A stretch of 64,000 bases of DNA from a virus: IMG/VR virus record IMGVR_UViG_3300020048_000063, positions 1 through 64,000 of that record. One strand, 5' to 3'. The notes beneath the pieces were generated by a model. The model was given only the letters and a program-made list of their open reading frames with translations. It was not told the DNA's origin and searched no databases. The translations under genes were made by a program, and so were the position numbers. Below, piece after piece: positions 9,979 through 18,670 of the stretch; the stretch's first letter is position 1, and each line of letters opens with the position of its first letter.

Positions 9979-10211
9979 TAGAATAAATCTCCTTCTTGAT
10001 TAATTGATATTCTGTTTAATTTCCTGTATCTTATTTCTTGTGTAATATTGAATTTTGCATTTTTAATTCTTTTCTCACCAAATTTATAATTAAATGCATC
10101 AATATTATTGTCAACATGCTTTAATATATTTGATAAATGAGCAGAAGTTATATCTCTTAATTTCAACTCTCTACCATCAGCAGTTACCCATATCATATCT
10201 CTATTGTGCAT
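9978..10211 (-). CDS. small protein, RKxKL-like C terminus
   Basis: WVTADG...HLSNI; ends EIRYRKLNRI. Confidence 0.65.
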   Translation of the reverse strand: MHNRDMIWVTADGRELKLRDITSAHLSNILKHVDNNIDAFNYKFGEKRIKNAKFNITQEIRYRKLNRISINQEGDLF

Positions 10212-10273
10212 AATAAACTTTTTGCGAATTTTTCATTAAGCAAATTTATAAATATTTATGCAATAAAAAAAAA

Positions 10274-10687
10274 TTATGAAGATTTACCCTTAGAAACTAA
10301 TTCTAATTTTTCATTTCTATCTATTAAAATATATTCATATGAATATAAATCAAAATCATTAAGCTTTCCAATAACATCAAAAATATCAAACGCTTTACAG
10401 CTATAAATATCAAATTGAAAAAGTGATGGAACCTCAGAATCCCAAATATGAATACTTGAATGTGAGGTGTATATCGTAACTGTACCAGTCAATCCTTCAT
10501 TACCAAGATCAGTAACATATACCGAAGTAGGTCCAGCAGCAACTCTCATTCCTACGAGTTCAACTAGTTCAACAAACCATTTATTTAATACATCAACATC
10601 CTTTGGTGCGTCCAAAAAATAGCCTTTTATTATTAAATGCTGGTGAAAAGGGTTAAATTTTTCCATTATTTTTATAAGTTTTTTCAC
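10274..10687 (-). CDS. S-adenosylmethionine decarboxylase-like pyruvoyl proenzyme
   Basis: HLII, GLTGTVTIYTSHSSIHIW (TSH for the usual ESH cleavage site), FDIYSCK. Confidence 0.8.
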   Translation of the reverse strand: MKKLIKIMEKFNPFHQHLIIKGYFLDAPKDVDVLNKWFVELVELVGMRVAAGPTSVYVTDLGNEGLTGTVTIYTSHSSIHIWDSEVPSLFQFDIYSCKAFDIFDVIGKLNDFDLYSYEYILIDRNEKLELVSKGKSS

Positions 10688-10721
10688 TATATATTATTTA
10701 TCAAAACTCATATTTTAAACA

Positions 10722-10752
10722 AAAAAAGCACCCATAATAGGTGCTCTTTTTT
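10722..10752. terminator. intrinsic terminator
   Basis: AGCACC...GGTGCT hairpin flanked by A and T runs. Confidence 0.6.
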
Positions 10753-10768
10753 ATATTTTATCAGCCAA

Positions 10769-12154
10769 TTAAATTGAAATTGGTTGATATCTTTCGCTCA
10801 TAACAGTCCTCAACATTAAACTCTCTGGAGTATCAATACTACCTTGTAATATTGATTTTAAAATTGATGGACTGAAACCTGATACTAATCCTACTCCTTT
10901 TGCATTGGATTTTGCAGGAATATTACCAAGTCTTCCATTAACGTTCCAGAAAATGATTTCAGGCATTTTATAACCTGCACTCTTATACATACTAGCAATC
11001 ATTGATAATGCAGTATCTGAAGAGTTTCTTGTACAACTGTTAAACTCCATATCCGATATGATAAGAATCTTAGTTGGCATTTCACTTTCTGAAATTTTGT
11101 GTTGAACTGCTTTATTCAAGATCAACTTATAAACAGCTTCTAAATCGGTACTCATACCCCAATCAGCAGTTTCAAGTTGTCTCAATCTCTCATAAAATGA
11201 ACCTTTTAAATAATTCATCTGTGGTGCAGAAGAGAAAGTTATGAAAGCATCTTTGAAAATGCTCTTATTTCTTTCTGAAATATACACACCAAGAGAAACT
11301 GATACACTCATTGGCAATCCATTCATACTACCAGATACATCACAAACCGGAATGATTCTTTCATTAGAATCTGACATGAAATCTGGTAAATTCATCCATT
11401 GTGCTTCAACAGCATCTTTATTTTCACTTCTCTTATATGCGTCATATAATTGATGTGGAAATAAAACTCCAGCTTTTATTTCTTGTTTACCTTCTTTTAC
11501 TAAGGTAATATATTCAGTAAAACGATTTTGGTCGTTTTTTCCAAATGCTTTTCTATACTTGTTCATAGCAACCGATGGAACATGTGGGTAAGTAATAGCA
11601 TCCCATTCCTTTGCACACATCTTCTGTTCAACAGTATTTGATAAACCTACAACAAGTTTACGATATTCCTTAGGATTTAATCCTAAAGTTTTACGAACTT
11701 TGTTAGCAAGCGCACCCTGTCTTGGAAGCCATTTTGCTAAAAGACCATTTTCTTTTTCTAAACCTTCTTTAATCAAAGGTAAAACAATCTTTTCATCCAA
11801 TTCAAAAACATCATCCCAACGACCAAATTCTGGCACGTAATTGATATTTTTTTCAAGATATGACAAATAGTTTTTGTTCAAGAACTTAGAACAAATTCTG
11901 AAAAATCTTCTTTCACCTGCTCCACCTCTTGGATCCCTAGACCAAAAAAGTGTTTTTAAAGCAACTAATGGGTTCTCCACAATTGCCTTTTGAAACAAAG
12001 TTTCAATATCTTTTTCAGACATATTCCTTGAAGCACCAGCTAAAAAGAACATATCAACGTTTGAATTCAAACTGGTTGAATTTGTTACCATACCATTTGC
12101 GGTTAAGGTATCTTCTTGTCTTACGACATTAACTAAATTTGACATAGATTGCAT
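10769..12154 (-). CDS. Ro60/TROVE-like helical + vWA protein (DUF2828-type)
   Basis: RDPRGGAGERRFF, FGRWDD, AKWLPR, VEQKMCAKEW, VPSVAM, MIDAS-like DVSGSM, ISDMEF, FWNV, VSGFSP. Confidence 0.8.
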   Translation of the reverse strand: MQSMSNLVNVVRQEDTLTANGMVTNSTSLNSNVDMFFLAGASRNMSEKDIETLFQKAIVENPLVALKTLFWSRDPRGGAGERRFFRICSKFLNKNYLSYLEKNINYVPEFGRWDDVFELDEKIVLPLIKEGLEKENGLLAKWLPRQGALANKVRKTLGLNPKEYRKLVVGLSNTVEQKMCAKEWDAITYPHVPSVAMNKYRKAFGKNDQNRFTEYITLVKEGKQEIKAGVLFPHQLYDAYKRSENKDAVEAQWMNLPDFMSDSNERIIPVCDVSGSMNGLPMSVSVSLGVYISERNKSIFKDAFITFSSAPQMNYLKGSFYERLRQLETADWGMSTDLEAVYKLILNKAVQHKISESEMPTKILIISDMEFNSCTRNSSDTALSMIASMYKSAGYKMPEIIFWNVNGRLGNIPAKSNAKGVGLVSGFSPSILKSILQGSIDTPESLMLRTVMSERYQPISI

Positions 12155-12188
12155 AATAAGCCTCCTTTTAAATTATTTTTATAAAATA

Positions 12189-12224
12189 AAAAATCCCAAC
12201 TAAATTTCTCTAGTTGGGATTTTC
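12189..12224 (-). terminator. intrinsic terminator in the leader of the TROVE-like gene
   Basis: Minus strand AAAAUCCCAACUA...UAGUUGGGAUUUUUU. Confidence 0.7.
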
Positions 12225-12308
12225 TTACCCCGGTTACAAACCGAGGGTTTTTTTCCAGGCTCACGGAATTCGTACAAATTCTTAAGTCTAGATAGTAAGT
12301 AAATCCTC

Positions 12309-12507
12309 AACAGAATACAAGAAGTTTATTTCATAAACTTACATTGAAACTTTCTTTTTAAATTTTTTGTTTTGACTTGCCCTTTCTTTTGTTAGTTTTA
12401 TTGTAAATGTGCCGCCTAAGTGAAACTTAAAAAAGTTGAAAACACTTAACACATTTAAGGCTTCTGTTTACATATAGTTTTTATATGAGTTGCAGAACGT
12501 ATTCTTT
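12309..12507 (-). ncRNA. putative structured RNA, AGAAUAC/CWGCAA family (long copy)
   Basis: Terminal helix AGAAUAC/GUAUUCU, GUUCUGCAA motif, several internal hairpins; shares ends with three other copies. Confidence 0.55.
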
Positions 12508-12528
12508 ATGAGTATATATTTGAAAATT

Positions 12529-12588
12529 AACAGAATACGTCTTGTTTCAACCTTATGAATGTTTTTTGAGTTGCTGATTGTATTCTTT
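12529..12588 (-). ncRNA. putative structured RNA, AGAAUAC/CAGCAA family
   Basis: AAAGAAUAC-AAUCAGCAA...UUCAUAA loop...GUAUUCUGUU. Confidence 0.6.
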
Positions 12589-12741
12589 ATAATTTTTCTT
12601 GTTTCAAAGAACTGAATATAATTTTAGTATTAAAATGAAAAAAAGTTTAATCTTTTTTACTTAATTATATATTTTTTAAAAAAAGCCTGTTTTTTCTATT
12701 TTTGATGATGTTATTATAATATATAAAATAAAAATATACAA

Positions 12742-12876
12742 ATGTTTATTTATAAAATAGTAAATTCAATTAATGATAAAATCTATATAGGTAAAACTAC
12801 TGAAAAAGATATCAATATTAGATTTCTTAAACACATAAAAAGATCAAGATATCCTGGTAATAGTATAAAAAATTAA
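12742..12876 (+). pseudogene. GIY-YIG homing endonuclease remnant
   Basis: MFIYKIVNSINDKIYIGKT...RFLKH, then stop after 44 aa. Confidence 0.7.
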
Positions 12877-12965
12877 TGTCATTCTTTGATTATAGTAGAT
12901 TAATATTGAATAAAGGTGAATGTAAAGGTTATAAATTAATAAAAATAAAAAATAATAAATAAAAA

Positions 12966-14258
12966 ATGAACATAAACCAAACAAATAGTAATGTTTTATT
13001 TGAAATAAAACAGAAAGGTAATTTTGATCAATTGAAAAAAATATTTCTTAATAAAAATATTTCTAGATTTGCGATAACAGAAAATAAAAAAAATAAGATT
13101 GAATGTGAATATGCTGAAATTATAGGATTAGAAAATCATGAAAATAAATATAAAAATATTTTTGATTTTATTCCAAAACAATTTACAAATAATACAGACT
13201 TTAATGTTATAATGATAGTCCCAACAGGAATAGGTGCTGACGTTGGTGGTGATTCAGGAGACGCAAATACAGCAGCACAACTTATTGGACATTCAGTAGA
13301 TAATTTAATTACTCATCCAAATGTTGTGAATGCTGCTGATATTAATGAAATGACATCAAATACTCTCTATGTTGAAGGTAGTATTTTAAATAGATTTATA
13401 ATGGGTACAATTGGCTTATCTAAAACTAGAGGAAACCGAATGTTACTAATTTATGATACCCCCGAAAAAGAATATATTGGTAATTATACAATTAATACCG
13501 CATCAGCAGCAAGAGTGACTTTAGGTTGCGATATTGATGTTTTAGAAATAAAAGATCCACCATACTATTCAATGGGATTTAATGATAAAGGTATGGCAAT
13601 TGGAAAAATTGAAAATATGGAAAAAATTATTAATGTTATTGATAAATATAAAGATGAATATGATTCAATTGCATTACATACAATATTAGATGGTGACACT
13701 CAAGAACTATATGATAATTATTTTGGATCGGATAAAGAACAAGTAAATCCATGGGGTGGCGCGGAAAGCATTTTAACACACACAATATCAAATTTATTAA
13801 ATGTCAGTATTGCACATTCACCGATGTTTAATGATGAAATGTTGAAATATGAATATCCAATTGTTAATCCTAAAAAATGTCCAGAGACTTTATCAAAAAC
13901 AGAACTATTTTGTATATTAAAAGGTCTTTATAAAACACCTAAAATTATTGATTTATCTCAGAAAACTTTTTATCCCAAAGATATGTTGACCAATTGTGAT
14001 ATTCACGTACTTATAACACCAGATAGATGTATAAGCCTTCCACTCTTAGCTGCACTTGAACAAAATATAATAGTTATTGCAGTTGATGATAATAAAAATA
14101 TTATGAAAAATGATCTCTCCCTATTACCTTGGAACACAAATCAATTCTTTAGAGCAAAAAATTACCTTGAAGCATCAGGAATATTAACAGCACTTAAAAA
14201 TGGTCTAAATCCAAATTCAATTAAAAGACCACTTGAAGCAACAAAAATAATAAAATAA
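12966..14258 (+). CDS. DUF3326-family protein
   Basis: IVPTGIGADVGGDSGDA, LITHPNVVNAAD, LYVEGS, PWGGAES.LTH, AHSP. Confidence 0.8.
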   Translation: MNINQTNSNVLFEIKQKGNFDQLKKIFLNKNISRFAITENKKNKIECEYAEIIGLENHENKYKNIFDFIPKQFTNNTDFNVIMIVPTGIGADVGGDSGDANTAAQLIGHSVDNLITHPNVVNAADINEMTSNTLYVEGSILNRFIMGTIGLSKTRGNRMLLIYDTPEKEYIGNYTINTASAARVTLGCDIDVLEIKDPPYYSMGFNDKGMAIGKIENMEKIINVIDKYKDEYDSIALHTILDGDTQELYDNYFGSDKEQVNPWGGAESILTHTISNLLNVSIAHSPMFNDEMLKYEYPIVNPKKCPETLSKTELFCILKGLYKTPKIIDLSQKTFYPKDMLTNCDIHVLITPDRCISLPLLAALEQNIIVIAVDDNKNIMKNDLSLLPWNTNQFFRAKNYLEASGILTALKNGLNPNSIKRPLEATKIIK

Positions 14259-15053
14259 ATGAACGAAAAAATATTACAAGACCTCAATAAATTAGTATCA
14301 GAAAAAGCAAACGAAAGATATATCCTATCAAAATTGAAAACTCTACGATATGAAAAAATAGGACAAGAAAATCTTGAAAATCTTATTGAATGCCTTAGAT
14401 GGAAAGATGTAGACTATAATCAAAAAAAGAAAATTAAAATGTCAGACGTTTCCATGTCTTGGTACGACGACCAACCATACGAAACTTATATTGAATACTT
14501 TAATAGATATTTGAAAAAAGATTTTTTTGACCAACTTAAATATGAATCACTTAACCATAGAATCATAATTCCAAACGAATGCACCATTGAATCAATTGGT
14601 GAAATAAAAAATACATCCTCCATAGTAAGACTTAAAAAAGAATCAAAAGAAACTTTTAATGATTTGATAAATTTAGGAATACCCGAAAATTACTCATTCA
14701 TAAACATGAAACTCTTCGTTAGTTACTACCACCACGTACACTCACCCGTACAAGGAAAAATAGTTAGAATGATACCAATTGAAGGTAAAAATAATATCTT
14801 TGGAAAAAATACTCTCTGGATTTTAGAATTTCAAACTGATAAAAATCCAGTCTACATGCTAATCGTCGGAGAATCAGCAATACAAGACTTTAACTTTCTA
14901 GTAAAAAAGAATATGTACGTTGATATAGCACAAGATTTAGGATATTTTGCATGGGGATCTCAAACAATTATATTATTTGATAAAAACGACTATCCAGGCG
15001 AATATATAATAAAAAAGAAAAATCATTACTTTTTAGGACAACATATAGTATAA
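14259..15053 (+). CDS. phosphatidylserine decarboxylase-like proenzyme
   Basis: YFNR, YHHVHSPVQG, GYFAWGSQTIILF (GS autocleavage region). Confidence 0.7.
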   Translation: MNEKILQDLNKLVSEKANERYILSKLKTLRYEKIGQENLENLIECLRWKDVDYNQKKKIKMSDVSMSWYDDQPYETYIEYFNRYLKKDFFDQLKYESLNHRIIIPNECTIESIGEIKNTSSIVRLKKESKETFNDLINLGIPENYSFINMKLFVSYYHHVHSPVQGKIVRMIPIEGKNNIFGKNTLWILEFQTDKNPVYMLIVGESAIQDFNFLVKKNMYVDIAQDLGYFAWGSQTIILFDKNDYPGEYIIKKKNHYFLGQHIV

Positions 15054-15054
15054 A

Positions 15055-15768
15055 TTAAAAATCCTTAATCAATTCAAGAGATTCCTTATAAAGTGAATCT
15101 CTTTTTGCTGCTAAACACTTTATAATCTCTAAATTATTGTCAAATTTTCTAATATTCTCAATCGTAACATCATGATCATGCCACAACCCAATTGTTTCTT
15201 GTATTCTATTTAATTTTTCAATATCACCCATTTCACTCAACATAAGTAAAGTGTAATATATTCGTTTCAATTTAATCCTTATTTCATGTAAATTTTCAGG
15301 CGAAATATTTGCAATCATAATACGAATATCATCATAACTCATTTCTATACGAGTCTGAATATTTATAATTATCTGCTCATCAATATGATAGTTATCAACC
15401 CTATTTAATTTATCAGTTAAATATTGTATCTCATTCTCAAAACTATCTTTGATTTTGAATTTTTTAATTCTATCCTCATACATGAAAAGTAAATAAGCCT
15501 TATATCCATCATCATACTCTTCTAAAATCTTTTGTTGAATCTGTATATCCCGAATTTCACCAGACATTTTAAATAATTCGGTTAATCCTATTGGAAAATC
15601 TTTTTGCCTGTAAAGCAATCCATCCAAAAGAATATTGAAGGTCTTTAACCTTTTTAAAGTAGTTCTTAACTTATGAATATCCTGCTCTGTTACATTTTTA
15701 AGTAAATTAGAATGACATTCATTGAAAACTCTTATCTGCTCTGCGTAATAATTTTTTATTCTTATCAT
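15055..15768 (-). CDS. CHAD domain (polyphosphate-binding) protein
   Basis: IHKLRTTLKRL, GEIRDIQI, LHEIRIKLKR.YY, QETIGLWHDHDV. Confidence 0.85.
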   Translation of the reverse strand: MIRIKNYYAEQIRVFNECHSNLLKNVTEQDIHKLRTTLKRLKTFNILLDGLLYRQKDFPIGLTELFKMSGEIRDIQIQQKILEEYDDGYKAYLLFMYEDRIKKFKIKDSFENEIQYLTDKLNRVDNYHIDEQIIINIQTRIEMSYDDIRIMIANISPENLHEIRIKLKRIYYTLLMLSEMGDIEKLNRIQETIGLWHDHDVTIENIRKFDNNLEIIKCLAAKRDSLYKESLELIKDF

Positions 15769-15823
15769 AATACAAAAATATGATTAATTTTACTATAAAA
15801 AAAATTTAATATATAAATATTAT

Positions 15824-16321
15824 ATGAAATATTTGAAATTGTTTGAAGATTATAAAATTAAAAGTGAATTCGGAGGCGGAACCATATACCCAGATTTTTT
15901 CACAGAAGGTGGAGAATTATTTGACTATTTCAATTTAATAGGAACACAAGATATATTTGATTTTCCACATTCCGACACAGACTATTGGGAAAAAGTGACA
16001 AAAATTAATAAAGACAGAAAAAAAAGAAGAAAACAAAAGAAAAAAGAAATACTTAGTTATATCAACGATTTTATTAAACTACCAGAAAATCAAAATTTCT
16101 GCTATGGTATGATAAATTTTCCAGTTATGGATTTTAATATGGTCTTTGATTTTAATAGTGTGAAAAATGAAAATGATTGGAAACCATACCGTAAATTAAA
16201 AACGATAGAACTAAAAACAATAATGGGCACATACAAATTAAACCAAACAGATTTTGAAGATTTAGTAAGATATACAAGTGATCCAGAATTATACCTAAAT
16301 GCAAAAAAATATAATCTATGA
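15824..16321 (+). CDS. small protein, MKxxKxFE...KYNL family
   Basis: MKYLKLFED...NAKKYNL. Confidence 0.75.
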   Translation: MKYLKLFEDYKIKSEFGGGTIYPDFFTEGGELFDYFNLIGTQDIFDFPHSDTDYWEKVTKINKDRKKRRKQKKKEILSYINDFIKLPENQNFCYGMINFPVMDFNMVFDFNSVKNENDWKPYRKLKTIELKTIMGTYKLNQTDFEDLVRYTSDPELYLNAKKYNL

Positions 16322-16623
16322 AACATATTAAATTGTTTGAAGAAATAAATCAGAATGTGATTGGTTCTTGGACTTTAGCACCAGAGGTTGGTGATTATGT
16401 TATTTGTGATAGTACAAATTTTGATTTATTAAAAAATTTGGTTAAAAATAATATTGGTAAATTAATTCAAATAGAAAAAGTTACACGAGATGATGATAAT
16501 TATTATATAAAATATACTGAAATTGAAAATGATATAGTATTTTGGAGAAGTGAAATATTATACTGGTCTAAAGATAAAGAAGAATTAGAAGCAATATTAA
16601 CAGCACAAAAATATAATTTATAA
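16318..16623 (+). CDS. small protein, MKxxKxFE...KYNL family
   Basis: MKHIKLFEE...TAQKYNL. Confidence 0.75.
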   Translation: MKHIKLFEEINQNVIGSWTLAPEVGDYVICDSTNFDLLKNLVKNNIGKLIQIEKVTRDDDNYYIKYTEIENDIVFWRSEILYWSKDKEELEAILTAQKYNL

Positions 16624-16910
16624 TGAAACATATTCAAATATTTGAGGATTTTAATAAAGGTTATGATTTAGTTGGGCATCCAAATGATAAAGAAATAATA
16701 CATATATCACAAAAAGAATTTGACTTAATAAATATGGTCACCTACTTTATAATACAATGGAAATTAAAAACACCTATGATGGGAACAGGACCTTCAAGTT
16801 GGACATACCGAGACGAAGAAAAAGAAGATTTAAAAGATTGGCTATACGTTTATAGAGAAACTGGAGACACAGACAGTTTAGCATCAGATGCAAAAAAATA
16901 TAATTTATGA
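16623..16910 (+). CDS. small protein, MKxxKxFE...KYNL family
   Basis: MKHIQIFED...DAKKYNL. Confidence 0.75.
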   Translation: MKHIQIFEDFNKGYDLVGHPNDKEIIHISQKEFDLINMVTYFIIQWKLKTPMMGTGPSSWTYRDEEKEDLKDWLYVYRETGDTDSLASDAKKYNL

Positions 16911-17377
16911 AATATTTAAAATTTTTTGAAACAACTATAAAACATACAGACCCCCTTGCAGTAAATAATCCGTTAAAAGATTTTAGTAGAAAACTAGAAG
17001 ATATTATAATTGAAATTACGAAAATTGATAATTATAAAGATTCTACTGTTAGAAGATATTTTAACGATGATGGAAAAATACATATAAATTATATAAATCA
17101 CTATAGTAAAATAATGAAAATATTATTACAAACAATTAACGATGATGTATTGATGGATATTTATTGCTATAAAAATAAGTATAAAATAAATACTTCTTTA
17201 GATTTTTGTAACTTTGCTAAATATAATCTAGAAGAATATATTACAATTGATAAAAATCCAGAAAACGCTTTAAATAATAATATGACTCAATTACAATTTT
17301 ATTTTTCTCTAAGTGAAACTAATGATATTCTTAATAGTTTAGAATACTTCTCAGATTCTAAAAAATATAATTTATAG
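16907..17377 (+). CDS. small protein, MKxxKxFE...KYNL family
   Basis: MKYLKFFET...DSKKYNL. Confidence 0.75.
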   Translation: MKYLKFFETTIKHTDPLAVNNPLKDFSRKLEDIIIEITKIDNYKDSTVRRYFNDDGKIHINYINHYSKIMKILLQTINDDVLMDIYCYKNKYKINTSLDFCNFAKYNLEEYITIDKNPENALNNNMTQLQFYFSLSETNDILNSLEYFSDSKKYNL

Positions 17378-17456
17378 TACACCAGAAGGGATTTGAACCC
17401 TCATTTTTCATTCCGTTATGCACATAGAGTTTAGGAAACTCCGCCATTACTGGTGC
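17378..17456 (-). tRNA. atypical D-armless tRNA-Arg(CCU)
   Basis: Acceptor GCACCAG/CUGGUGU, anticodon arm GGAGU-UUCCUAA-ACUCU, T arm GAGGG-UUCAAAU-CCCUU; no D arm. Confidence 0.65.
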
Positions 17457-17767
17457 GTATTTTTTTGTTCTAAAATATCAAACATCAAAGTTTTAACATT
17501 TTCAATAGTTTCTTTCAAATCCATATTATCAAGAATACTATTATGTACCGAACCAATTTCATTTGTAAAAAATTTTTGTTCTAATAAATTTTTTGTCATT
17601 GATAAACAAAACAGTTGAAGATCATATATATCCTCACCTTTGTCTAAAGATTTGCATCCCCAAAAATAAGAAACATATTCAGACTTAATATTTGATTCTC
17701 CTAAACTTAAAAGTTTTTTCTTGCGTTCCTCCTTAAGAACAGGCTGGTGTTTTATTTCTATAATCAT
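17447..17767 (-). CDS. hypothetical protein within tRNA cluster
   Basis: 106 aa; contains EERKKKL; stop codon lies inside the downstream tRNA. Confidence 0.55.
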   Translation of the reverse strand: MIIEIKHQPVLKEERKKKLLSLGESNIKSEYVSYFWGCKSLDKGEDIYDLQLFCLSMTKNLLEQKFFTNEIGSVHNSILDNMDLKETIENVKTLMFDILEQKNTHQ

Positions 17768-17779
17768 TTGTTAAAATAT

Positions 17780-17856
17780 TGGTGATCCTGGCAGGATTCA
17801 AACCTGCGACCTGAAAATTAGAAGTTTCCCGCTCTATTCAACTGAGCTACAAGACC
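17780..17856 (-). tRNA. tRNA-Arg(UCU)
   Basis: Canonical cloverleaf, loop CUUCUAA, encoded CCA. Confidence 0.93.
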
Positions 17857-17909
17857 ATTGATTTATATGTTCACATATTGGAATTAATTTAAAAAGTTTA
17901 AAAAATTTG

Positions 17910-17998
17910 AGCCATTTATTGGATTTGAACCAATGTGATGAGATGTCTCATACCTGCTTACGAGGCAGGTCTAATCAACCAGACTATAGGAAAATGGC
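17910..17998 (-). tRNA. tRNA-Thr(CGU), long variable arm
   Basis: GCCAUUU/AAAUGGC, loop CUCGUAA, 18-nt variable region. Confidence 0.8.
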
Positions 17999-18005
17999 AT
18001 TTTTG

Positions 18006-18089
18006 AGCCTTCGGCAGGATTCGAACCTGCGATGCGTGTGAACATCCTGCTTACAAGGCAGGCGGAGTCGACCTCTGTCCCACGAAGGC
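18006..18089 (-). tRNA. tRNA-Thr(UGU), long variable arm
   Basis: GCCUUCG/CGAAGGC, loop CUUGUAA, 15-nt variable region. Confidence 0.85.
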
Positions 18090-18096
18090 ATTTTTG

Positions 18097-18172
18097 TTGA
18101 TAGAGTGAGATTTGAACTCACGACCTTTTGCATGTCAAGCAAACGTTCTAGACCAGGCTGAACTACCTACCA
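18097..18172 (-). tRNA. tRNA-Val(GAC)
   Basis: Cloverleaf, loop UUGACAU. Confidence 0.88.
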
Positions 18173-18179
18173 ATATTTG

Positions 18180-18265
18180 TACTCCCAACAGGACTCGAAC
18201 CTGTATTATACTTCTCGTCTCCACTTTGTAGGAGTGGGATGTTTATCCAGTTACACTATAGGAGC
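18180..18265 (-). tRNA. tRNA-Val(UAC), long variable region, C33
   Basis: GCUCCUA/UGGGAGU, loop CCUACAA, 16-nt variable region. Confidence 0.78.
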
Positions 18266-18311
18266 ATAGTGATACTTTTTCCCTTAGTCTAAAAGTACCA
18301 AAAACCAAATG

Positions 18312-18398
18312 AGCGGCAAGTGAGATTCGAACTCACGGTGCGACTTTCGTCTTGCTGGATTGGCAACCCAGTTCCATCGTCCACTAGGAGATTACCGC
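18312..18398 (-). tRNA. tRNA-Gly(GCC), long variable arm
   Basis: GCGGUAA/UUGCCGC-U73, loop UUGCCAA, GAC-GAAA-GUC V arm. Confidence 0.85.
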
Positions 18399-18405
18399 AA
18401 TTTAT

Positions 18406-18481
18406 TGGAGCGATAGATGGGGCTCGAACCCACAACCTCAACCTTGGCAAGGTCGCAATCTACCAATTGATCTACTATCGC
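18406..18481 (-). tRNA. tRNA-Gly(GCC)
   Basis: Canonical cloverleaf, U73, encoded CCA. Confidence 0.93.
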
Positions 18482-18489
18482 AATGTTTG

Positions 18490-18576
18490 AGCGGTAGGTG
18501 GGATTCGAACCCACGACGTGAACTTTATCTGACTGGCTTGGAAGGCCAGTACCATCGACCACTAGGAGACTACCGC
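18490..18576 (-). tRNA. tRNA-Gly(UCC), long variable region
   Basis: GCGGUAG/CUACCGC-U73, loop CUUCCAA, 18-nt variable region. Confidence 0.85.
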
Positions 18577-18586
18577 GTCTTGAACT

Positions 18587-18653
18587 ACAGATTACTTTTT
18601 TTGGAATTTCAAATTACAAGTTTGGTCCTTTAAAGTTGCTGTAAGAAATCTTT
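18587..18653 (-). ncRNA. putative structured RNA, CAGCAA family
   Basis: AAAGAUUUC-UUACAGCAA...CAAA-CUUGUAA-UUUG...GUAAUCUGU. Confidence 0.55.
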
Positions 18654-18670
18654 AAGTTCGTTTTTTTAAG

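Noticed and set aside
12226-12250. Anticodon-like loop (CUCGG-UUUGUAA-CCGGG) upstream of the TROVE-like gene
   Set aside because: Single instance, and the stem can extend into the loop; not distinguishable from an ordinary hairpin.
12309-12588. CRISPR array
   Set aside because: Repeats are inverted terminal stems with irregular interiors, only two per locus, and there are no cas genes.
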